In this document: in pieces, positions 34,079 through 44,327 of the stretch | Position numbering within the stretch: position 1 is the first letter of the stretch | Layout: each line of letters begins with the position of its first letter | Assembly (NCBI GenBank): GCA_025558095.1 | Contig: JAIVFI010000040.1 | Coordinates: 186,001 to 250,000, forward strand | DNA length: 64,000 nucleotides | Direction: 5' to 3' | Origin: Hyaloraphidium curvatum SAG 235-1 | Taxonomy: Eukaryota > Fungi > Monoblepharomycota | The notes under the pieces: model-generated | The model's input: only the letters and a program-made list of their open reading frames with translations | Databases searched by the model: none | What the model was told of the DNA's origin: nothing | Translations under genes and position numbers: made by a program

Positions 34079-35185
34079 ATGTCCTCGGGCCGGCTGTATC
34101 CGCTGCTCGCCGCCGCCGCGGCCGTTGGCGCCGCCGCCGCCTTCTACGCGCTCCGCCCTCGCAAGGCGCGCCGGTTCCGCGTCGCCGGCATCCATATCTA
34201 TCCCGTCAAGAGCATGAAAGGAATCGAGCTCGCCGCCGCGCGCACCGACAAGTACGGCTTCGAGCTGGACCGGAACTGGATCGTCGTCGACGCCGAGACG
34301 GGCAAGTTCCTCACCGCTCGCGAGCTCCCCCGGATGGTCCTCGTCGAGACCTCGATCGAGCCCGACCACCCGGCCGGCGAGGACGACCCGATGCGCACGT
34401 ACGACCGCGGCGGCTACCTCGTCCTGCGCGCCCCGGGCGCCGACGCCCCCTGCCGCGTGCGCTTCCCGCGGGACTTTTCCGCCTCGGACCCCGCCGTCGT
34501 GGACGTGTGGTCCAAGCCCACCCTCGGCTGCGACGAAGGCGACGAAGTCGCAGCGTACCTCTCCGCCTTCCTCGGCCGGCAGGTGCGCCTCCTCGTCAAG
34601 GACCCGCGGCACGAGCGCTCCCCGAACAAGGCGCACCTCCCCGCCGACGCGGCCTTCGACCACGTCCCGCAGACGGCGTTCGCGGACGGGTACCCGTACC
34701 TCCTCGCCACCGACGCCTCCCTCGCCGACGTCTCCTCGCGGCTGCAGGCGCGCGAGCCCGGCCACCGGCCCCTGGAGATGTCCCGCTTCCGCCCCAACAT
34801 CGTCGTCGCGTGCCCCGAGCCTTTCGCCGAGGACCGGTGGACCCGCATGCTTCTCGGGGGCCACGAGTTCCGCGGGGTGAAGAAATGCGGGAGGTGTACA
34901 GTTCCGAGCGTGGACCCGGCGACGGGCGTTCAGGGCAGCGAGCCGACCAAGCTGATCATGTCGTACCGCCGCGTTGACAAGGGAAACAGGTTCGAGGGCA
35001 TCTTCGGGATGAACTGCGTCTCGGTGCGGACGGGGTGCTGGGTCAGGGTGGGGGACGAGGTCGAGGTGCTGGAGGAGAGGGACATTGCGGCCAAGTCCAA
35101 GGAGGAGACGCTGCGGTTCGAGGGCGGGCCGAGGCCGGTGCCCACGCTGCCGGTGGCCTCGACCACGCTGGTGCCCTCCCAGTGA
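34079..35185 (+). CDS. MOSC-domain protein (mARC-like)
   Basis: N-terminal TM; IYPVKS; DRNWIVVD; FADGYPYLL; RFRPNIVV; KKCGRC; FGMN. Confidence 0.95.
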   Translation: MSSGRLYPLLAAAAAVGAAAAFYALRPRKARRFRVAGIHIYPVKSMKGIELAAARTDKYGFELDRNWIVVDAETGKFLTARELPRMVLVETSIEPDHPAGEDDPMRTYDRGGYLVLRAPGADAPCRVRFPRDFSASDPAVVDVWSKPTLGCDEGDEVAAYLSAFLGRQVRLLVKDPRHERSPNKAHLPADAAFDHVPQTAFADGYPYLLATDASLADVSSRLQAREPGHRPLEMSRFRPNIVVACPEPFAEDRWTRMLLGGHEFRGVKKCGRCTVPSVDPATGVQGSEPTKLIMSYRRVDKGNRFEGIFGMNCVSVRTGCWVRVGDEVEVLEERDIAAKSKEETLRFEGGPRPVPTLPVASTTLVPSQ

Positions 35186-35361
35186 GCGCGGTCGCCGGGC
35201 CTGACGGCGGAGCAACCAAGGCGAGGACCTGCCAGGTCGTGCGGACTATCGACATGCGAGGATCAGATCGGCCAGATAAAAATGAGATTGTGATAATGTA
35301 CATGGTGGCGATAGATATCTTTTTCACGACCGCACTTTTGTCTCCGCAGTCCGCCGACGCC

Positions 35362-37014
35362 TCAGGGCGCGATGCACGTCCCGTTGCTCAGGCATGCCGT
35401 GTCCGAGTAGGGCTTCCAACCCTTGGGATCCTGCTTGTTGACGCACTCGTCCACCAGGGCGAAGCGGTACCCCGCGGTGCGGGCCATGTCGATCACGGCC
35501 TGGGTGAGGTTGTAGACGGTGGTGGGGAGCACGTCGTGGGAGAGGGAGAGGACGCCGCCCCTGGAACGGAAGGGTGCGAGGTGAGCTCGGGAGCGGGGAG
35601 CGGGGGGGGGAAGGCTCACTTCTTGGCGCCGTTGCCGTACTCGAAGTAGGATTTGTAGTACCCGATGGTGTCGTCGTAGGACTGCACACCCTCTTGCGTG
35701 GCGTAATCGTTGGGATCTAATTCGTACATGACTATGTGAAAGCTGTTTTGGAGCGCGTGAGCACCGCTGGAGCGGTTTCGGGCTGCCGGAGGACCTACCC
35801 GAGCTTGCCGAGCACTCCCCGCACCCGGTCCTCGTTCCAGCCCGCGCCAAACGGCGGCCGCATCAGCGTCGGGTATGCCCCGATGATGTCCTTGATCTTG
35901 TAAGACAGTAGGTTCATCTCGCGGACGATGCCCGGCTCGTCCAGGTTGGCGAGTGAGGTGTGGGACCAGGTGTGGGAGCCGATGATGTGGCCCTCGGCCA
36001 CGGCACGGCGGACCACGTTGATGTGGTCGTCGATGCGGCCCTTGTTGTTGCCGTTCTAGAGAAAGAGGTTGGATGCCAAAGGTACGGCACAGGAGACAGA
36101 TATCAACAGCCAGGATGGGCGGCAACAACAAGGCAGGATCAGCGACATCCCAACAAGCCCAGAGGGGAGCCACCCACGATGAAGAACGTCGCCTTGACGT
36201 CGTTCTTCTTGAGAATGTCGAGCAGATCGTTGGTGTACATCCACGGCCCGTCGTCAAAGGTGAGGGCAAAGGCGCCGTCCGGGCACGCGGTCCAGAGGTA
36301 GTTGGGCGCCAGGTCGGCGTACGGCCGCGGCCCCGTGGGCAGGATCGGGATGGTCGCCACCGGCCCCGGATCGGCATTGCCCAGCGGCGGCGGTGCGTCG
36401 AGCCAGGCGCCCTGGCCGGGGATGCTGCCGCCCTCGCCCCTGCCGCAGCCATCTTCGCGGCCGACGAGGGTCAGCTCCTGCATCTGGAAGACGGTCTTTG
36501 GCGGGAAGCCCTGCCACGCGATCCAGCGCAGGTTGACGCTCGACTGGCCGGGGAAGAGCTGGGACAGCGGGATGATGACCTCGGTGGGGGCGCCCCCGGA
36601 CGCCGACGTGAACTGCAGCGGCAGGTACCACTGCTGCTGCGGCTCTGCGGTCTTGCAGCCGCCGGTCATTGCGCCGATGCCGTACACGGCCGAGGGTCCC
36701 GAGAGCACGAAGCGCACGGCGTCGTAGCGCGAGAGGTTCGCGCACGAGAAGTCCGAGAGCAGCCACGACTCGCCGCCCGCCGGCGCGAACTCGAGCGCGC
36801 CGCCCGCCGCCGTGCGGACGATGCGCGGCGGCGACGCCATCGTGCCGCCGTCGGTCCACGCGCGGTCGTACGCGTTGAGCCCGAGCGCGGTCCCCGGCGC
36901 TCGCTCGAAGGCGTCGACGGTCAGGTTGGCGCACCCGCGCCGCACGAGCGGGGCGGCAGACGCCGGCACCGCCAGCGCGGCAAGCACCGCGGCGCAGATC
37001 GCGGCGGCGCGCAT
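35362..37014 (-). CDS. Secreted CE4 polysaccharide (chitin) deacetylase with an N-terminal CBM-like domain
   Basis: Signal peptide; ALTFDDGP; ATFFI; GHIIGSHTWSH; MRPPFG; LSLSHD; 3 introns. Confidence 0.93.
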
Positions 37015-37311
37015 CGTGCGTGGAGTCCCTGGGAAACCGCCGGCGGAAGGTGAAGGGGCTTAGCTCCCCGAATGCCCCAAATGGGATGATTGATCCCTCG
37101 AAGCTCGAAAGACCACACACTGGCGGTCGGAAGCCGTACAGCGATTGCTGCACGATGGAGCATTTCTTTAGTGATCGAGCTGTTTACATGCGCCGGCAGT
37201 CGCCTTTGTGTGCGAGCCATTGGTGGAACCAGGGGCAAGCTGTTCATCCGTTCACCTGACCCATATTCAGCAACCGAAATAACGTACAGCTACACACAGT
37301 GACCAAAGGGT

Positions 37312-38439
37312 TCAAAGCCGTGCAGCGGCAAACGGGCTGGCCCTCTTGTCGCCCGTCGTGGGCGACATTGGCACGACCTGCTGCCGCTCCCCCGGTGCAA
37401 ACTGCAGCGCCTCCCAGATCCCCAGCTCCCGCAGCGTCGCCTCCAGATCCGGTGCCCCAGCCTCGACGGCTTCCGCGAGCGCAAGCCTAGTCCAGTTCCA
37501 GCACTTGAGCTTGTACGGCACGGCTACGGCGGCAACGGGAAACCCGGCCAGTTCGACCTCGACCTTCCTTTTGCCCGCCAGCAAGGCTGCGGCGTTGGCT
37601 TTCATGAGCGGGACGTACGTTTTGGCGACGAGATCCAGCAGCGCCCGCGTGCCCTGTCCAAGGGGCTCGCCCGGATTCCTCCAGGAACCATCCATGCCCG
37701 AAAGGTCGTCCACATCCTGGACCCACTGGAACGCACGCACGTGCTTGTACTTGAGCACGTCCGACGCGGTCGGGTCGATGGCCAGCTGGCTCAGCATCCC
37801 GTACAGCCCAATGTCGGCTACCGAGGGGCGGGATCCGAACAGGAAGCGCGATTGGTTGAGCTGCAGCTCGATGGCTTCGAGCACCGTGACGAACATGTGC
37901 CGGCAGAAGGGACGGTTTAGGTCCGCGTCCCCGAGGCGCGCGAGGATGTTGGTCTGCCTCCCGCGGAACTGAGCGACGGCCTTGTCGAAGGCCTCGGCGG
38001 GGATAGCGCCGAGCCAGCCGGCCATCTGTCTACGTGAGCACCAAGCCTGGTCGCGCTCCAGGTGCCAACGGTAGTCGAACATGGCGTAGACCAGCACCTC
38101 GTCGGCAAAATCCTCGATCAGCCGCGCAAGGAAGCGGTCAACGGGGTCGTCGGGCAGCAGGCTCCGCTGGCCCGGGTACAGCCGCTCGAGCTCCTCCATG
38201 ATGGGCGTGGTGTCGCTCCAGTAAGCGCCACCGGGCACCTGCAGCACGGGGATGATCCCCTTGTCGGCCGTTTTGAGCTCACCCGACGAGGCGAGGTAGC
38301 CCTGCGGAACGGCAAAGGTGTGCGGGATGCGGCGCGCGCGGAAGGCGGCGCGGAGCTTGAGCGAGAAGGGGGAGCCGGGACCGCCGAGGATGCGGAAGAC
38401 CGACGTCGGGATGGGTGGCAGCGACGATGGAGGATCCAT
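37312..38439 (-). CDS. Glutathione S-transferase-family protein, long bacterial-like form, intronless
   Basis: GGPGSPFSLKLRA; IIPVL; WSDTTPIM; FLFGSRPSVADIGLYG. Confidence 0.88.
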   Translation of the reverse strand: MDPPSSLPPIPTSVFRILGGPGSPFSLKLRAAFRARRIPHTFAVPQGYLASSGELKTADKGIIPVLQVPGGAYWSDTTPIMEELERLYPGQRSLLPDDPVDRFLARLIEDFADEVLVYAMFDYRWHLERDQAWCSRRQMAGWLGAIPAEAFDKAVAQFRGRQTNILARLGDADLNRPFCRHMFVTVLEAIELQLNQSRFLFGSRPSVADIGLYGMLSQLAIDPTASDVLKYKHVRAFQWVQDVDDLSGMDGSWRNPGEPLGQGTRALLDLVAKTYVPLMKANAAALLAGKRKVEVELAGFPVAAVAVPYKLKCWNWTRLALAEAVEAGAPDLEATLRELGIWEALQFAPGERQQVVPMSPTTGDKRASPFAAARL

Positions 38440-38769
38440 GGCGATGGAAAGGCTTGTCGATTCGGCCGTTATCCCTTGGAGCTTCGTTGAGTTGAGCCCC
38501 ACTATAGCCCCTTGACTAGCCCCGACTTGGCTGTCGGATCGAAGGGTAGGGCCGTTTATCCGTGCACGCTCCGGAGACTACCAGTGAAGTCAGTCGACAG
38601 CTTGGAACAGTCTATTCGTCGGCCGGATCCGAAGTTAAGAGCGTCCACCATCCCGTCTACTCGCGTGTAGGCGCGCCGCCCACGACTCACAGTCAGCGCA
38701 GTAGTGTCCCCCAAACAAACCGACGCGTCGCGATTCGCTGAGCACGCGCAACCGTCCCGGCTGTTCCTC

Positions 38770-40088
38770 ATGGCCGGAACCCACGTCGACCCGGCATCGC
38801 TGCCATGGCACGGGATTCCGCCTCCGCCGTCCCCCGACGCGACCGTCTCTGTCTCCTTCCTCTTGAACGGCGTGCTCCGAACCAACAAGCGGCTGTTCGT
38901 CAACCAAGCCGCGGACGAGCAAATCGAGTGCCCCGTGTTCGGCGCGCTGATCGAGAAGAAGCTGTCGACCGGGGTTGTTGACAGGATCGTCTGGGATCCG
39001 GGGTGCCGGAAGGTTGGGAGGGGTAGATAGCTCGCCCTTGTCAGTGCTGACGCGTCTTTCCGGCGCGCAGGATGTGGAAGGCTTTCCTCCGGCCCCGAAG
39101 AAGGCAAGGGACACGTTGTCGCCGCTTTCCGGCCCGCTGACATGGCCCCAGTTCGCGCTCAAGGCGTTTGAGCCGATCCACAAGCTCGACGTCGCCGACA
39201 ATCTCGCCAAGGGCGGCCTCTCCACCGCCGACGTGGGCACCGTCGCCATCTCGCACTCGCACTTCGACCACATCGGGGACCCGCTCCTGTTCCCGTCGTC
39301 AACGGTATTCATCACCGGCGACATCGCGGTGATGGGGAAGGGGTACCCGGAAGACAAGTATTCGAGCGTGCACACCAAGGAGATCACGTCGCACCGATGG
39401 GAGCTGGCGCACGGGGGAGGGAGAGAGTGGAAGCCCGTCGGTGCGTTCGACAGGGGGATCGACTGGTACGGTGACGGAAGTTTCTGGATCCTGGACGCGC
39501 CGGGGGTGAGCTGGCGACGTTTGGCAGATGTTCCGGCACCTGATCCGTGTCTTGCAGCACATGCCAGGCCATTTGGTGGCCATGGCCCGGACAACTGCTG
39601 GGACCAAGGTCGGTATTGGCCGCGATTTGGCTGTTTACGCTCTCACGCTGTAAGCAGGACGAGCCGCCGACGTACCTGATCATGGCTGGTGACGCAGCGC
39701 ACTCGCTGTGCCTTTTCCACCCCTGGCCTTCCCCGTCTGGCGGCGACTCGAGGTGCAAGGTCGGGCACTACGGCCCGGGCTTCACGACGAGCGGTGGGCC
39801 CAACTTGTTCGCTGTTTCCTCGAATCGCTCACCCGTCGCGCAGGCCCCGACCTCTCGCAGTGTATCCATATCGATCTTCCGGAGGCGTACCGCACGATGG
39901 CGCGGCTGTCTCGGATGGATGCCGAGGCCAACGTGATGGTGACGGTGGCCCACGAGACGGAGCTCATGGACATCGTGGTTTTTTTCCCCGAGGCGACGGC
40001 GAACGGGTGGAAGGCTGGGGGGTGGAAGGAGAAGAGGGCCGAGGCGGCGAGGAAGTCCAGCAGGAAGGACGGAAAGGAGTCCTTGTGA
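38770..40088 (+). CDS. Metallo-beta-lactamase-fold hydrolase (AHL-lactonase-like)
   Basis: SHSHFDHIGD; DWYGDGSFWILDAPG|H..GH; MAGDAAH; VAHE; about 4 introns. Confidence 0.9.
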
Positions 40089-40270
40089 TGCGCCGCCATC
40101 TTTTGAATGTTCCGTAGCGTGTTGAAGAATCAGGAATGTCGCAAATGCCAGCTGGCTGCTCTGACGCCACCAAACGGGGGACGGCGTCAGCTCAAGTTTC
40201 GGGTGGCTGGCTGGAGCCGAGGACGCATGCAGTCAGACTTCGGTGGCACCCCGAATGAGTCGGGAGCGAC

Positions 40271-42138
40271 ATGCGCGCGAGGCCAGCCTTCCTCCTCGGC
40301 GCCCTCTTTCTTGCGACAGCGGCGGCCGCCACGCCGCAGCCCGATTCGTGGTCCGCGGTCTCGTCCGACGGCGGACTTCCCCCGCGTCCCTTCGTCGACG
40401 GCGATGGGCGACCACGCTACACCAACAGTTACCCCGGCTCGCCGCTCGGTGACGCCGGAGCACTCTTTGCGGCGGACGGAATCGCGGTCTCGGGATTCTC
40501 TACCCGGGCCGCGACGCTCGGGACTGGGCATTCGGGAAGATCGGGACGCGGAGGTTGATCATCTCCCAGGGGTACCAGCAGCTGGCGAACAATGGGTACG
40601 TGACCATCTTGTTCCGCACGGTGGTGTAGCCGCTGATCTTGGCCCGGCTCGGCAGGTGGTACGGAACTTCCAGCGATTGGTCTATCTGGGACTACGGCAT
40701 AAGTATGTGCCTCGTCCAGCCGGCTCGCCCTCAACACGCTGATTGGGCCAAACGCAGTCGAACTCTGGACTCCGATCGGGGACTGGACGGGGTACCTCGG
40801 CTTCGGCTACGGCACCTCGTACTCGGGCGTGATGCACACGGCCGGCTACCCCGCCGCGCCGCCCTTTGGCCAGCCCGCGTCGAGCCTGTTCCGCGCCTCG
40901 TGCAGCGAGAGCTTCAACGCGAGCGCCCCCTTTTTCCACACCTCGTGCGACATCACGGGGGGGCATTCTGGTTCCGCGTTCTACGTCTTTGCCAACAACC
41001 AATGTGAGCCGCAGGAGGCGCCGGAGCGCCTCGCCCGAGCAGAATCTGATCCGAGGGGCGCTTTTTGCCAGACATCATCATCGGGATCATCGCGTTCGAG
41101 AACGTGGGGGGCCAGTACAATGGAGGCACGACACTGACGAAGGGCGTATGGGATTTCATCCATCAGAACTACCCCGATCCGGGCTCGTTCATCCCCGATG
41201 TGTGCCCCATCTTCAACGGGGGATGCAGCCCGACCGCCACGTGCTCCATGGTGGGCGGACGGGTGAACTGCACGTGGTGAGTCGCCTCTCGTCGTGCAAG
41301 GTGGTACCACGCAGCTCTGACCAAAGCTCTGCTCAGTGGACCGAACGAAGTGGGAGATCCGTGGGGCAGCGACGGTCTAGGATGCATCCGGCTGCCGCCC
41401 CCTCCACCGCACCGTACCACGACCAAGCACCGCGGCGTGACCTTTGCTGTGCGCTCGACCACGCGCACCGCAACGTCGACGGCCCGCACGACCACCCTTA
41501 CCACGGCCTTGGAAGCTCGGACGACCGCGCCTATGGCGACGAGCACGTCGCCCCCCGCGCCGCCTCCGACCGGCTTCTCGCACCACCTGAGCTGCGGATC
41601 GGGCCGGACCTGCTGCGGGACCCCGTTCCGGACCGCAACGACCACGATCGGAGGATGCGAGGCCGCTTGCAGCGGCAATCAGCGATGCTACACGGTCAAC
41701 TACGACCCCCGCACCTCGGCCTGCAGGCTGTACGGCGCCGAGTGCGCCCGCCTCGGGGGGTTCGTCGCGGCCCCCGGCACCTTCCTCGGCGCATCATCCA
41801 TGGACCGCTGCCCCACGAGGAACAGCTGCGCCCCGCGCAAGGCCGACGTGCGGATCCGCGTGGCCAACGCCTCGGCGCGGCGCGGGGCCAAGGTCGCGCT
41901 GCGGGCCACGCTGACTCGGATGGACACCGGGCGCGCGGTGGCGGGGGTGCAGGTCGTGTTCCGGGTTGGCAGTAGGGACGCCGGGAGGGCGAGGACCAAC
42001 GCGCAGGGGGTGGCGGCGTTCGCGTACGCGGTGCCGAGGACGCTCGCGAGGGGCCGGCAGACCGTCACGGTGCGGTTTGCGGGGAACGCGGGGTTGAACG
42101 CGCGATCGGTGACGGGGACGCTGACCGTCACGGGATGA
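40271..42138 (+). pseudogene. Secreted V8/glutamyl-endopeptidase-like S1 protease with Thr linker, PAN/apple and Ig-like domains; frameshifted and lacking the His segment
   Basis: Signal peptide; YPGRD..W.FG; DYGII; TAGYP; CDITGGHSGS; no TAAHC motif; frame change near 40495 without splice signals. Confidence 0.65.
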
Positions 42139-42318
42139 CCGTGGTGCGAGCGGGACGGCGTTGGACCTTTGCCTCGTTGCTGACGTGGTGCTTGGCTTAC
42201 GGGATGATTGAGGGCCGAAGGGGCGAATAGATTCCCCGCGACGCCGCCAAGTCAACAACCACGCGAGCCTCTGCTGCCCAGCACCGCTCCTTCCGCCGCC
42301 CGGCAGCGGCACCCGGCG

Positions 42319-43503
42319 ATGCTAGCCACGATGCGCCCCGCGCGCCCCTTCCTCGCCCTCCTCCCCGCGCTGACCGCCGCGCCCGACGCGCGCCGCTCGT
42401 CGACCTCCGCGCCGCCCCGCCCGCTGACGCTCGCCACGCTCAACACGTACCTGATCCCGCCGTTCCTCTCCAAGCGCCACGCGGCGCTGCCGCCCGCGCT
42501 GCGCGCCGTCCCCCGCGCCGGGCGGCTGGCCGCGTGGCTGCCCGCCTCGGGCGCCGACCTCGCCTTCCTCCAGGAGGTCTGGGGCCCCGGCACGGACCTC
42601 CTGAACCGCGTGCCCGGCTACTCCTCCGGCCCGCCGGACGTGCGCAGCGTGGTCACGGAGGGCGGGTGGGTGCCCGCGGGCGCCGCCAGGACCGCGTGGG
42701 ACTGGTGGCGCATGTGGAACGCCGCAACGGGGGGCCTGTGGTTCGCTTCCAAGGACGGCTCGGTGCCGCCGGCGAGGTGGACCGGCAGGCACACGTACAC
42801 CGTGAGCGCGACGCCGAGCAGGAAGGGGGTGCTGGGGAGCCTGTGGGACGTGTCGGGGCACTGGGGCAAGGGGGCCAGATGGCTCTGCGTGTTCTCCACG
42901 CACCTGGACGCGTGGAACGACGGGAACAAGCGGGTGCAGCTGAAGGAGATGGCGGACTTTGTGGGCAGGTCGCTGGCGGGCCCCGTGCGGTCCGCCGTCG
43001 AGGCCGCCGAGCGGGAAGGCTGGGGCGGCAGGCCCGAGAGCTGGACAAAGGGCCCCATCGGCGCGCACCACGCCGACCCCATGGCGAGGGTCGCCGTGGT
43101 GCTGGTCGGGGACTTCAACATCGCCGCGCCCGCCTCGGCCGACGCCGCGGTCGACGGCTCCGCGTCGGGCCATTCGGCGCTGTACGCGTCTGAACTCCTC
43201 GGCATGATTCCACCGCGCAAATTGGTGGACCTTTTCGCCGCCTTCCGCGGGCAAGACGACCGCACGGCCACCTACGACAAGGTGAACAACGCTCTGGTGG
43301 AGCCCGGCCCGGGGAACCACGGGCGGATCGACCACGTGCTCGGTCTAGGCGCATTCGAGGACCCGGTGTCGGGGCGGACGGTGGAGCTGATGCCGCTCAG
43401 GTGCGTGGGGGCAGAGGTGGTGAGGCAGCAGCCGGGGTTGGAGCTGTCGGATCACTACCCGGTGGTGGTGAGGCTGGTTCCGGAGCCGAGGGCCGAGGAC
43501 TGA
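42319..43503 (+). CDS. Endonuclease/exonuclease/phosphatase-family protein (sphingomyelinase-like)
   Basis: ATLNTY; FLQEVW; RKGVL; FSTHLDA; VGDFN; RIDH; SDHYPV. Confidence 0.92.
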   Translation: MLATMRPARPFLALLPALTAAPDARRSSTSAPPRPLTLATLNTYLIPPFLSKRHAALPPALRAVPRAGRLAAWLPASGADLAFLQEVWGPGTDLLNRVPGYSSGPPDVRSVVTEGGWVPAGAARTAWDWWRMWNAATGGLWFASKDGSVPPARWTGRHTYTVSATPSRKGVLGSLWDVSGHWGKGARWLCVFSTHLDAWNDGNKRVQLKEMADFVGRSLAGPVRSAVEAAEREGWGGRPESWTKGPIGAHHADPMARVAVVLVGDFNIAAPASADAAVDGSASGHSALYASELLGMIPPRKLVDLFAAFRGQDDRTATYDKVNNALVEPGPGNHGRIDHVLGLGAFEDPVSGRTVELMPLRCVGAEVVRQQPGLELSDHYPVVVRLVPEPRAED

Positions 43504-43597
43504 GCGGCGGTTGAGGGGCAATAGAATCATTTTGACTGCGCCCTGCTTACCTCCGCTCCCTCGCCCAATCTCGTTTCCTCCGCCTTCCGGGCGCGCG

Positions 43598-44145
43598 ATG
43601 CCGACCCCCCTCCTCTCCCGCCCCGCGGACCTCGCCTTCGCCGCCTTCTTCTCCGTCCTCTTCGTGGCGGTGACCCTCGTCGACGGGCAGGTCGTCTATC
43701 CCGACGCGTTTCCCCCCTGGGCGCGCCGGCTGTACGCGAAAGCGTGGGAACGCGCGCCGCATCCCCTCCAGAAGGAGGCCCGGGCGTTCTACCGCTTCGG
43801 AATCATGGGCACGGCGGTGTTTTGCGTGGCGCCGGCGAGCGCGTGGTTGATCAGGGGGCTGTATCTCGGTGGGCCTCCCACCCTCGCAACTACTCCGACG
43901 TAGGCTGACGACGCGTTTTCGGGAAAGACTCCCCCGCGATAAACCTCCCCGGCCTCGTGGTCTCGGTGCACATCCTGACCAACATGGTCACCGGCGACGC
44001 GGACGTGCTGTTCGGCCCGCACGAGGGGTACGACACGAAAAAGAGGCTGGGGGTGGTGGGGCTGCATGCGGTGCCGTATGCGGCGGCGCTGGCGTTCGCG
44101 TATAGGTGCGGGGGGAGGTTGCTCGAGGGGCGGCGGGGAAGCTAG
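43598..44145 (+). CDS. EXPERA/TMEM97-like membrane protein
   Basis: LLSRPADLAF...TLVDGQVVYP motif; 4 hydrophobic segments; one intron near 43869-43928. Confidence 0.65.
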
Positions 44146-44327
44146 CTAGTGCGGGAGGGAGCGACGCCGGGGGTGTGGTTATCTGTTTCCGTGATCTCGC
44201 TTTCGGTGGGTGCGGTGTCCGTTCGGGGCTCGGATGTCCGGAGATCCGGGTGGGAAGTGGAGTTGATGGTTGGGGATCGCGGGCGTTTGGCGCGCCCCCG
44301 GAGTCAACAACCTCGTCGCGGATCCAC

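Noticed and set aside
30996-43503. Possible detoxification or secondary-metabolite gene cluster
   Set aside because: No backbone enzyme or regulator; functions are unrelated and orientations mixed
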